From an uncultured Candidatus Peribacteria bacterium (lineage in GTDB: Bacteria > Patescibacteriota > Gracilibacteria > Absconditabacterales > Absconditicoccaceae), in contig CAZECU010000001.1 in NCBI GenBank assembly GCA_964510755.1, positions 1-35,003 on the forward strand: DNA of 35,003 nt, given 5' to 3'. Of this stretch, positions 1-8,569 are shown piece by piece. The notes beneath the pieces are model-generated. The model did no database searches. It was not told the origin of the DNA and saw only the letters and a list, made by a program, of their open reading frames with translations. The translations under genes were made by a program, and so were the position numbers. How positions within the stretch are numbered: position 1 is the first letter of the stretch; each line of letters opens with the position of its first letter.

Positions 1-9
1 ATATATTGT

Positions 10-43
10 AAAAAGCTACGGAGTTATTTTCTCTTCCGTAGCT
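10..43 (-). terminator. Terminator-like hairpin (AGCTACGGA / TCCGTAGCT, 9-bp stem) followed by a short T-run on the minus strand
   Basis: Perfect 9-bp inverted repeat at 14-22 and 35-43. A-run at 10-13 on the plus strand gives a T-run after the stem on the minus strand. Lies about 330 nt downstream of gpmI. Confidence 0.45.
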
Positions 44-220
44 TGATATCATATCTTATGAGGTATATTTTACTTAGTCGCTATAAAATATTTCTCCGAT
101 TGGTATCAAGCCACGGTTGCTGAGTCTAGTACGAACATATTAATATATCCTGTTGTCATAGTAGCGGAGAAAATAAAATAAAGCTTTCATCTTTGTATAC
201 GCACAAGTAGACACTTTGTG

Positions 221-371
221 ACAAGAAAATGAATGAATAATGAAAAATGAAAAATTAATAATGTATGATTTTGTATATATGAACTATGGTAATGTTACGA
301 TAGGTTGTATAAAGACAGCTACTTAATTCTCAATTCTTAATTTTTAATTCTTAATTTTTAATTCTCAATTC
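221..371 (-). repeat. Intergenic repeat family 1, copy A (inverted orientation)
   Basis: The reverse complement of 260-322 matches the ~62-nt core of the copies at 12222, 20231 and 22200 (..CTGTCTTTATACAACCTATCGTAACATTACCATAGTTCATATATACAAAATCAT..). Flanked by A/T-rich short tandem repeats (323-371 and 225-259). Abuts the gpmI stop codon. Confidence 0.7.
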
Positions 372-1904
372 TTAATTTTTTACTAGTGAATGCCCTGTCA
401 TCTCAGCAGGGATAGCTATCCCCATAATATCTAGTACGGTAGGTGCTATATCTGAGAGTCCTCCACTCGCTTGCAAAGCTTGCGGTTTGCCATGACTCAT
501 ATACCACATAGGTACAGGATTCATACTATGTGCAGTAATGGGTTCTTGTGGTGTGCCCATATCATCACTATTTCCATGATCGGCAGTGATAAGCAAATCA
601 ATATTTTCCTTGTCACAGAAGGCAACAATATCTTGCATGATAGTATCCAGTTTTTGGATAGCTTTGATCACTGCGTCCATCTTACCTGTATGCCCTACCA
701 TATCTCCATTGGCAAAATTTACCACAACAAAATCAAAATCTTTGGCATACGCAATATATTGATCGTAAATTTCCTGTGCTGACATTTCTGGATCCAAATC
801 ATACGTCGCTACTTTGTGTGAAGGCACAAGAATATCTTTTTCTCCATTAAACACTATCTGTCTATCTCCATTAAAAAACTTCGTGACGTGAGCAAATTTT
901 TCTGTCTCTGCGAGATGAAGTTGGCGCAGTTCTTGATGAGAAATTACTTCTGATAAAGTGTTTTTGATCTCCATAGGCTTGATAAAGAGTGGTCACTCAT
1001 ACTCCTTGAAATATTGTGTCATCGCTACAAAATACAGGTTATCAAGTTTTTTTGTCATAAATCCTGAGCTTCGTGCAGCATATTCTTTGGCGTTGGACTT
1101 GTCCATAGAAACCATTATCGCTTGGGTCAGTTGTCTTGCTCTATCTGATCTGAAGTTGAGATGAAATACTGCATCACCACTTTCTATCTGATCTCACCAT
1201 GTAAAACTCACAGGCTTGATAAACTCGTCCGTGATACCTTGTTCGTATTGTTTGGCAATATATTCACTTGGTGTGTCACTCGTTTGCAATTGTCCAAACA
1301 TAATTTCATCATATGATTTCTGGATTCTGTCTCGATTGTTGTCTCTATCCATGCCATAATATCTGCCTGCTAAGCTTGATATCTTGACGTTGGGATATTT
1401 TTGCAAAAATATTTTGAAATCATCCATAAGCTCTAACATGCTATTTGGTGCAAGATCTCTTCCATCTCCAAACAAATGTAATGATACCGTAATATCACTT
1501 GGGATCAATGGAATAATCTTTTGGAGATGAGTATCCATCGCATGCACACCACCTGGTCCGAAGAGCTGAATCAAATGAAGTATAGAATCATGTTTTTTGC
1601 AATGTTGGATCCCCGCCACAAATTCTGGCAACTGAGCAAAACTTCCATCATCCAGCATATCTTCTATCTCTACGAGATTTTGTTTGATAATTCTGCCTGA
1701 CCCGATTGTCATATGCCCTACTTCGGAATTTCCCATCTGTCATTCTGGTAATCCTACTGATCTTCCAGAAGCATTGAGCGATGCATATGTTTGAGAAAAT
1801 AGTTTTTTGAACAGTGGAGTATCTGCTTGTGTGATTCCATTTTGTGCAGGAGTTTTTGTGTTGATTCCAAATCCATCTAAAATAATAAGTGAGAGTTTTT
1901 TCAT
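372..1904 (-). CDS. gpmI: 2,3-bisphosphoglycerate-independent phosphoglycerate mutase (510 aa, table 25)
   Basis: ORF pieces 372-974 and 1194-1736 plus the N-terminal piece share one frame. I translated the 975-1193 gap and found no TAA/TAG. Motifs: MKKLSLIILDGFG, LPEGQMGNSEVGH (that G is TGA 1737-1739), NFRSDRARQL, ITADHGN. Three in-frame TGA codons (993, 1194, 1737). Confidence 0.93.
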
Positions 1905-2045
1905 AGCAATAAAGGGGAAAATAAATTTATAACGATGATGATAGTTATTTCCTAGGAAAATTCAACCGCTGTCTTTGTGTACAATCATCATACTCTATGC
2001 GTGCGGATCATTGGAATATTCCTCTCTCCTTCTTTTGGTCTCTTC

Positions 2046-3590
2046 CTATTCCATCTCTACAAACATTGTTTTGCTTCTATACTGGAGTGCTTCAGCGAGA
2101 TGCTGTATACTTACAGATTCTTGTCCTTGGATATCTGCAATAGTCCTGGCAAGTTTCATTGTACGATGGACTACTCTGGTAGACAAGGTGAGTTTTTTGG
2201 CGGCATCAGCAAGAAATTTTTTACTCTCCTCATCCAAGGGAATCAATTCGTCGATGTGTTTGGATGTGATCTGCGCGTTGGACGTGATAGCAAGTCAGGC
2301 AAATCTTTTTTGTTGGAGTTTCCAAGCGTTGATCACTTTGTCTCTGATACTCATTGAGCTTTCTTCTCAGATGTTGTTGAGAATCTTGTCGATATCTTCT
2401 CTGGGTATCTCCAAAATCATATCAATCCTATCCAACAATGGTCATGATATTTTGCTCTGATAACGCTTGATATCCATTAGCGAACACCCACATGATTTTT
2501 CTGGATCTTTGTAATAGCCACATTTGCACGGGTTCATCGCACCGACAAACATAAAATCCGCAGGATACTGGATCGTTCCAGCCACACGTGAGATGACCAC
2601 AGATTTGTCTTCCAATGGCTGACGCAATACTTCCAATACTTCTCTAGGAAACTCTGTCACTTCATCAAAAAATAAAATACCTTTGTGTGCCAAACTCACT
2701 TCTCCTGGCGTCAAATGTGCACCGCCTCACACAATAGAAATCTTGGAAGCGGTATGGTGTACTTGACGAAATGGTCTTGCAGTGATCAGTGGCAATGTTT
2801 TGTTGAGTTTACCGACCAACGAATATACTTGACTGACCTGCAAGATTTCTTCGAATCCCAATGGAGGCAAAATACTTGGCAACGCTTTGCTCAACAATGT
2901 TTTGCCACTACCAGGAGCTCCTATCATGATGACGTTGTGTAGTCCGGCAGCAGCTATCATCAGCGCTCTCTTGGCCATCAGCTGTCCTTTGATTTGTCCA
3001 AAATCTACTTCGTGAGTAGTGGTATGCTGGTATAATGTTTGGATATCTTTGGCTTGATCTATACCCTCTAATGGTTTACCTTCTACAAAATATCCTATCA
3101 TCTGATCAAAGGTCGCGATAGGATATATATGAATTCATGGGACGTATTCCAATTCATAGAGATTTTCTTCTGGCACGAAAAAATGTTTGTATCCGTGTGA
3201 CATAGCACTAATGACTGATGGCAGAAGTCCATTTACCCTCTTGATCTGTCAGTCGAGACCTAACTCTCCAAAAAACAAATATTCTTGTGGTATCAACGGA
3301 ATCTTGTCTTCAAAAATCAAAAACAATATAGCTACTGCCATCGGGAGATCAAAACTTGTCCCTATTTTTTTGATATCAGAGGGAGATAAGTTGAGGACTA
3401 TTTTTCTGTTGGGGAGAGGGATGCCAGCATTGCGAAACGTAGCTCTCAAACGTTCTTTGGACTCTTTGATAGCAGCATCTGGCAATCCCACGATTTCTAT
3501 GGTAGGCAAAGATTTGCTCGAATCTGCTTCAACAATAATCTCATGTCACTCCAGTCCCACATTGGCGTATGTTTTGATTTTTTGGATCAT
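2046..3590 (-). CDS. comM: Mg-chelatase-like AAA+ ATPase, ComM/YifB family (514 aa)
   Basis: Four ORF pieces in one frame. N-terminus [33 protein letters not shown], Walker [13 protein letters not shown], and [11 protein letters not shown] with its G encoded by TGA 2442-2444. I checked the 2247-2441 gap and found no TAA/TAG. Confidence 0.9.
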
Positions 3591-3692
3591 TATACAAAAA
3601 AAAGATACTAAAATGTAGTATCTCATACCCGCAATTTGTACTGATTGGCAACGTGTATATTGTAGTTATTTGCCCTACAAAATCAACACCAC

Positions 3693-4193
3693 TTATTTTT
3701 TTCTTTGTCTATAGGGTTTGTTTGAAGCTTTTTTGGCTGACTGTGTTTTGGGCACAAAATATTTGGCGGATTTTTTTTGTTGGTGATAAAAATCTTTTTG
3801 GGCAGCAGCGATTGCTTGTTCACTCCAATCTTCACTTTCCATGCGAGCTATAAGCTGCACATCTATAGATTGTATCAGTTCTGTTTGATTTCCCAGCCCA
3901 TTTGGGAAACATTCTTGTGCCTGAGCCAATTTTCGTTCTATTGTCCCTACTACTGGCACATTTGCTTCTTGTGCACCTTCTTGCATGAGCTGATGGTGAT
4001 GGAGAATGTCCTTATCTTCATGAATACCTGCTCCCACGATTATAATTTTTCCCTCTGATCATGATATATGGTCTAATACTTCTATCAATTGATGAATTGT
4101 CTTGGTTGTGTCAATAGTTGCATGACCTGGAACTATTATGATGATAGGTTCAGTAGTATTACTATTTTGGTTTGGTTTGTGTGTATGCTTCAT
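3693..4193 (-). CDS. Hypothetical protein (166 aa), basic C-terminal tail
   Basis: ORF 3693-4037 extends upstream through one in-frame TGA (..DHISGSEGKIIIVGAGIHED..) to an ATG at 4193. No family recognised. Confidence 0.6.
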
Positions 4194-4265
4194 ACTATAA
4201 TGTGATATATAAAGTAGTATGATAATAGTACATATTTTTTTTATTTTTGCAAAATATCGCTTAGT

Positions 4266-4466
4266 TTATTCATGATGTAATGACGTAGTGAATAATGATG
4301 GATTATAATGTTTGGTATACGCTTTGTGAAAATCTTTGACATGAATTTTGAGTCCTTTGCAAACAAACCTATCCACTCTATGTTTGGTAATAATCTTTTG
4401 GACTACAGGCAAGGTGATACCAAAAATATCTGCTATCTCTTGGGGAGAACGATATGGCTTCTGCAT
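4266..4466 (-). CDS. Small helix-turn-helix DNA-binding protein (66 aa, excisionase/MerR-like HTH)
   Basis: Intact ORF. SPQEIADIFGITLPVVQKIITKHRV resembles an HTH_17/excisionase-type motif. The upstream frame closes at a TAG without another ATG. Confidence 0.55.
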   Translation of the reverse strand: MQKPYRSPQEIADIFGITLPVVQKIITKHRVDRFVCKGLKIHVKDFHKAYTKHYNPSLFTTSLHHE

Positions 4467-4474
4467 TTGCTTGA

Positions 4475-4597
4475 TTACAAATAAAAAGATTTGTGATGAA
4501 TGAGCAACAGCACTTCGTCATCTTCTTCCTCTTCCTCTCTATCTATAGCATCATCATCTTCGTCATAATCGACCTCATCATCATTATGGATAGTCAT
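4475..4597 (-). CDS. Possible 40-aa highly acidic micro-protein (MTIHNDDEVDYDEDDDAIDREEEEEDDEV..)
   Basis: ATG at 4597 to TAA at 4475-4477, ending 8 nt before the HTH gene start. Too short for the ORF track. There is no homology evidence. Confidence 0.25.
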   Translation of the reverse strand: MTIHNDDEVDYDEDDDAIDREEEEEDDEVLLLIHHKSFYL

Positions 4598-4669
4598 AAG
4601 ATATTGTAGGTAAAGATATTTAGCATATTGATTGACGAAATCCATCTATCACACTCACGAAATAAAAAT

Positions 4670-5692
4670 TTATTTGCTGATCGTATATTGTTGTTCGACT
4701 GCTTGATAGACGATATTGGATGCTTGATGGAGAACTTCTTTGAGTTTGTCCCAATTATATCCTCTGGTCATCAAACACAGTACATAAGGATGCTCAGGAT
4801 AATACACTATTCCACAATCATGAAGTTGCATCCTTTCTATCCCATTGGATCACCAGATAGATCTTTCGCCAAATTTGTGAGAGACGGCTATGCCTTTGTC
4901 TGAGACTCCAGCTACCAATCCATCTTTAAACTCTGTTTGGGTGAGAAGTTCTAGTACTTGCTGAGAATGCTCTTTGGTGAGGTAAGATGCATTATACAAT
5001 ACTCTAAAAAATGAAGCATAATCTACCACTCTGATATTGTTGTCAAAACTACCTTCTACTACGGGAGGGAAAACAATTCCCACGTCTGCAAATACAGCTT
5101 TGAATTGTTCAGTATCAATATTCTTTTCCAAAAAAACCGATGCTTCATTGTCAGAATATTTGATCATATGTTTGATAATATCAATAATCTTGTAGCTATG
5201 ATTTGCCTGTAATCTCTCTGCAGGAGCGATATTTTGTCTATATTCGTCTGCAGAACCATTGGGAGTAAATTTGATAGTAGTCTGTAAATATCCTGGTTGT
5301 TGTTCGTCCTGCTTGAAATATGCCATCAACAAAGGAAGCTTCATCAAACTGGCTGGAGAAAACAACTCTTTTTCTTCTATTCCAAACCAGTTTCCATTGG
5401 TAAGATTTCTAAAATACACGGACAAATTAAGAATATCTCATTTGGCTACCAGTGAGTTCTCATAAGCTTTCAATTCATTTTCTACATTGATCGCTTTATT
5501 TTCCATCAATATATCTCCTAACTCTGTAGAGAGCACAGGATTTATCAATGACTTTTCTATACTCTTTTGGTGATGATAATTTTTTGTGCCTATCAATATC
5601 GCCACAAGGAACATTACTCCAACTGCTACGATAATGGACGTAGAACGAATAGGCGTTTTTGGTGCTTCTTGATTTTTGGTTGCTGGCGTCAT
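4670..5692 (-). CDS. Membrane-anchored serine hydrolase, class A beta-lactamase / PBP-like (340 aa)
   Basis: ORFs 4850-5425 and 5438-5743 plus a C-terminal piece are in one frame, joined by TGA at 5438 and 4850. N-terminal TM helix, SxxK (SPASLMK), SDN (YSDN) and an HKFG (KTG-like) motif. ATG 5692 is preferred over the GTG at 5743. Confidence 0.8.
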
Positions 5693-5763
5693 GAGACATA
5701 TACAAAATAAAACAACAGAGCTTATATGTGCATATATGTACACAAGTGTTGTGTCTTTTCAAT

Positions 5764-5798
5764 CAAAAAAAACATCTCCGGCGATACCGGAGGATGTT
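5764..5798 (-). terminator. Rho-independent terminator of the 5803-6141 gene
   Basis: AACATCTCCGG / CCGGAGGATGTT stem with an A8 run on the plus strand (T-run on the minus strand), just after the stop codon. Confidence 0.6.
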
Positions 5799-5802
5799 AT
5801 GA

Positions 5803-6141
5803 TTAAATCAAAGAGATCAAGGATTCTAACTCCTCTCGCTCTGTTTCTATTATTTTTTGCTTGGCTGGAGATATTTCAGTTTCTCCAATTGTTTTGAGTA
5901 GTGTTGCGTCGTAAACGCGAGATATTTTCCCATCTATCAGCATTACTGCCACAAAATTTCCTGCTTGAGATATCCAGCGCAACGCTGGATTCCCCGGCTT
6001 GTCCGTATCAACAGATAATTTTTTTTGCTCCCACGTGTTGTACGCTATAGCAAAAGGGGTTTTTCCTTTGTGTGCTGCTTTTTCTTTTTGTGCTGCTTGG
6101 AATGCAGCAACAATTTTTGAATTTTTTGGTGTCTCTTTCAT
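5803..6141 (-). CDS. Hypothetical protein (112 aa), no UGA codons
   Basis: Intact ORF with its own TTGACT-N16-TATACC promoter-like sequence upstream and terminators on both sides. No family recognised. Confidence 0.65.
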   Translation of the reverse strand: MKETPKNSKIVAAFQAAQKEKAAHKGKTPFAIAYNTWEQKKLSVDTDKPGNPALRWISQAGNFVAVMLIDGKISRVYDATLLKTIGETEISPAKQKIIETEREELESLISLI

Positions 6142-6220
6142 AGCTTTTTTGTTTTTAATTTTGAAATGGTATACTTATTTTGTTTCAAAAGTCAACCCGA
6201 TGAGGATATACCTTTTGTAT

Positions 6221-6247
6221 AAAAAAAACGGAGAGAAAAACTCCCCG
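6221..6247 (-). terminator. Rho-independent terminator after paralog gene 6255-6809
   Basis: CGGAGAG-AAAAA-CTCCCCG hairpin preceded by A8 on the plus strand (T8 after the stem on the minus strand). Confidence 0.6.
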
Positions 6248-6254
6248 AATATTT

Positions 6255-6809
6255 TTATTCAATCGTCCTCTCGCAAAAGCCAATCTCCCATTCTGGTTGA
6301 AGTTGGTCATTTTTATAGAATTTGATTAAGGCAAACAATCTGCCAGAATAGTTTAGCCTTATCTCTTCCATAGTAATAGTTGAGGATAATGGAAATCCGA
6401 GCATATTGATAGTGAGAGAATATCCCTTTGGTGTGTTGGATACGTTTTTGAAAGATTTACGTATAAATCTTTTTAACTTTTTTTCCTCACGTTTGGATAC
6501 TTCCATGTGAAAACACCAGTTTTCAATTGCCTCATCTAGATGATCCATTTGTTGAAGAGTCAGATATTTAGACATTACTTGACCCATAATCAACGAGTGC
6601 CTTTCTTTGAAGAGCCAGAAACTAATCTCCCAGATAGCCCACAAAAGGACAAGTATCAACAGCGTGATACAGCCAACGAGAGTCGTTAGTTTAGCGAAAT
6701 TTGGATCCCTGGACAATATGGTCATTGAACCAATAAACGCACAGACTGCTACCCATCTCATGACTATTACTACAGCTCTTCTGAATCTTAATTTTTCTTG
6801 ATTTTTCAT
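6255..6809 (-). CDS. 2-TM membrane protein with ~110-aa C-terminal domain, array paralog 1 (184 aa)
   Basis: I trimmed the track ORF 6255-6896 to ATG 6809 (MKNQEKLRF..) because 6810-6896 is the conserved promoter cassette. Two hydrophobic helices and a PKGYSLTINML motif. No UGA. Confidence 0.7.
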   Translation of the reverse strand: MKNQEKLRFRRAVVIVMRWVAVCAFIGSMTILSRDPNFAKLTTLVGCITLLILVLLWAIWEISFWLFKERHSLIMGQVMSKYLTLQQMDHLDEAIENWCFHMEVSKREEKKLKRFIRKSFKNVSNTPKGYSLTINMLGFPLSSTITMEEIRLNYSGRLFALIKFYKNDQLQPEWEIGFCERTIE

Positions 6810-6927
6810 AATGTTTATTTTTTTGTTAATGTTTTGTTTGTTTATTATCTTATATATATATTTTATATTATTTGTCAATACTTGTTTTTTGAACAAAAAA
6901 AATCCGGGAAATATCCCCGGGTTTATG
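6810..6927 (-). promoter_or_regulatory. Terminator-promoter cassette, copy 1
   Basis: On the minus strand: stop codon, CCGGGGATATTTCCCGG hairpin (6904-6920) plus T-run, TTGACA (6873-6878), about 16 nt, TATATA, then an A-rich leader. The ~50-nt block is identical to the copies at 7531-7582 and 8221-8270. Confidence 0.7.
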
Positions 6928-7473
6928 TTATACTTCTATCTCTGTTGCTATTAATTTTCCGAGATAACCTAATTTTAAGTGACCTTTAAGAATTTTTCCA
7001 TCATATTCCAAACAAATATAATGAATGAATTTTTTGGCCATATAATCATTACCATAAGCTTTAGCATCAAGAAATATCTCTATCTTATATCCTTTACGTG
7101 GATAGTTATCATACAATACTTTCTTATCTGATTTATACAACACACTATAAAGAAAAATTGTATATAGTCGATCTGGATTATTGGGTTGCTCATTAGCTTG
7201 AGTTTTAAAAGGAAGAATTTTATATAATTCTTCCACCATAATCATGAGATGTTTGATTTGCTCTGGTGATAGTTCTTTGGACCAATTTTCACGTTTGTAT
7301 ATGAACTCACTTAGCAGCCAGAATATAATCATACCACTATAGATGATGATTTTGCTTGTGCTCCACAATTCCCCTTCGATCAGGTCAAATACTATTCCGA
7401 CGATACACACTGCGGCCATCAATCTACATCCAACGACCATGCTTTTGTTGTTTCTTTGTCTTTGTGTTTCCAT
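6928..7473 (-). CDS. 2-TM membrane protein with C-terminal domain, array paralog 2 (181 aa)
   Basis: Intact ORF. METQRQRNNK.., then ..CRLMAAVCIVGIVFDLIEGELW.., a second TM helix, and a C-terminal domain with RKGYKIEIFLDA. No UGA. Confidence 0.75.
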   Translation of the reverse strand: METQRQRNNKSMVVGCRLMAAVCIVGIVFDLIEGELWSTSKIIIYSGMIIFWLLSEFIYKRENWSKELSPEQIKHLMIMVEELYKILPFKTQANEQPNNPDRLYTIFLYSVLYKSDKKVLYDNYPRKGYKIEIFLDAKAYGNDYMAKKFIHYICLEYDGKILKGHLKLGYLGKLIATEIEV

Positions 7474-7591
7474 TGTTGTATTATTTTGTTGTTATTATTT
7501 TATATTTTTATATCTTATACATAATTTATATCTTTTGTCAATACTTGTTTTTTGAACAAAAAAATCCGGGAAATATCCCCGGATATAATTT
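7474..7591 (-). promoter_or_regulatory. Terminator-promoter cassette, copy 2
   Basis: Hairpin at 7566-7582 plus T-run, TTGACA (7536-7541), N16, TATAAG. Same block as copies 1 and 3, with the A-run one nucleotide shorter. Confidence 0.7.
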
Positions 7592-8161
7592 TTATGAAGC
7601 TCCAATGATTCTAATATGATCATCTTCCCACTGGTGTTCTATTGTTTTTTGAACTTTTTGTCTTACATCTTGATAGGTTAAAATCGCTTTTACTTTGTTG
7701 CCTTGACGTTCAATATAAATATTAGACATGAATGCAACAGGTGGCATCACACATCGAACATCTCGTATTTCATAAATGTCACCCTGATCGCTATCCAAAA
7801 ATATTTCCATTTCATATCCTTTTTCATGCGTATTTATGATTTTGCGACATGCATTAGATTGTACCATTTTTGTGAATTTATCACGTCTTTTTCTCGTGGT
7901 TCTGACCGGGTAAACGTCGTAAAAAAATTCTAAAGCGATTTTTAAATCATTTTTTTGTTGGGAAATTGATTTACCTCCTCGATGGTAGAGAATTTCACAG
8001 ATAATCCAGACTATCCCGGAAGCAATATATACTATCAATATATGGCGTTTCCATGAACCTTCCATGAGATCAAATCCCATACTTATTAAGCAAGCAGCTG
8101 TCCACAATCTGATCGTTATGATTATTTCTTTTGTGGTTTGTTGTCGTTGATTTGTTTCCAT
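7592..8161 (-). CDS. 2-TM membrane protein with C-terminal domain, array paralog 3 (189 aa)
   Basis: Intact ORF. METNQRQQTTK.., then ..IRLWTAACLISMGFDLMEGSW.., a second TM helix, and a C-terminal domain with EKGYEMEIFLDS. No UGA. Confidence 0.75.
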   Translation of the reverse strand: METNQRQQTTKEIIITIRLWTAACLISMGFDLMEGSWKRHILIVYIASGIVWIICEILYHRGGKSISQQKNDLKIALEFFYDVYPVRTTRKRRDKFTKMVQSNACRKIINTHEKGYEMEIFLDSDQGDIYEIRDVRCVMPPVAFMSNIYIERQGNKVKAILTYQDVRQKVQKTIEHQWEDDHIRIIGAS

Positions 8162-8277
8162 TGTTTTATTTTTTTTATTATTACTTTTTTATTTTTATAT
8201 CTTATATATAATTCATATCTTTTGTCAATACTTGTTTTTTGAACAAAAAAAATCCGGGAAATATCCCCGGGTTTATG
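8162..8277 (-). promoter_or_regulatory. Terminator-promoter cassette, copy 3
   Basis: Hairpin at 8254-8270 plus T8, TTGACA (8223-8228), N16, TATAAG, an A-rich leader, then ATGGAAACA. Confidence 0.7.
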
Positions 8278-8505
8278 CTATGAATAATGTATTTTCTTGT
8301 ATTTTTCGCAGAGATGACATATCTCTACAATGATCCAAAATAGTAGATAAGCGCCTGAAAGCACTTTACCAGCGAAGTTACCGATATCTTTAACATCTTC
8401 GCTTGAAGAACATAATGTAACTACAAAGAGTACTGCAAAAATTACTGCAAACTTTCTAATCATGTGACGAATTTTTTTGTTTTCGTCGGTGTTATTTGTT
8501 TTCAT
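8278..8505 (-). CDS. Small 2-TM protein (75 aa), first gene of the array; lacks the C-terminal domain
   Basis: Intact ORF MKTNNTDENKKIRHMIRKFAVIFAVLFVV.. with two hydrophobic segments. It is followed by cassette copy 3. Confidence 0.6.
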   Translation of the reverse strand: MKTNNTDENKKIRHMIRKFAVIFAVLFVVTLCSSSEDVKDIGNFAGKVLSGAYLLFWIIVEICHLCEKYKKIHYS

Positions 8506-8569
8506 ACTGTTTTTATTTATGCTACTTGTATATCTTTTTTGTTGTAAAAGTCAATCTTACGAAACATAA

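Noticed and set aside
1975-2460. Plus-strand ORFs 1975-2460 and 1977-2357
   Set aside because: They are antisense shadows of comM, with low-complexity hydrophobic translations and no homology.
3187-3618. Plus-strand ORF of 143 aa
   Set aside because: Antisense to the comM N-terminal region, which has clear homology on the minus strand.
5693-5743. N-terminal extension of the serine hydrolase to the GTG at 5743
   Set aside because: ATG 5692 gives a typical short cytoplasmic tail plus a TM anchor. The extension adds an implausible hydrophobic prefix from a non-ATG start.
6810-6896. 5' extension of ORF 6255-6896 (MFKKQVLTNNIKYIYKIINKQNINKKINI..)
   Set aside because: This stretch is the conserved terminator-promoter cassette shared with the other paralogs. 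The internal ATG at 6809 gives an N-terminus comparable to the paralogs.
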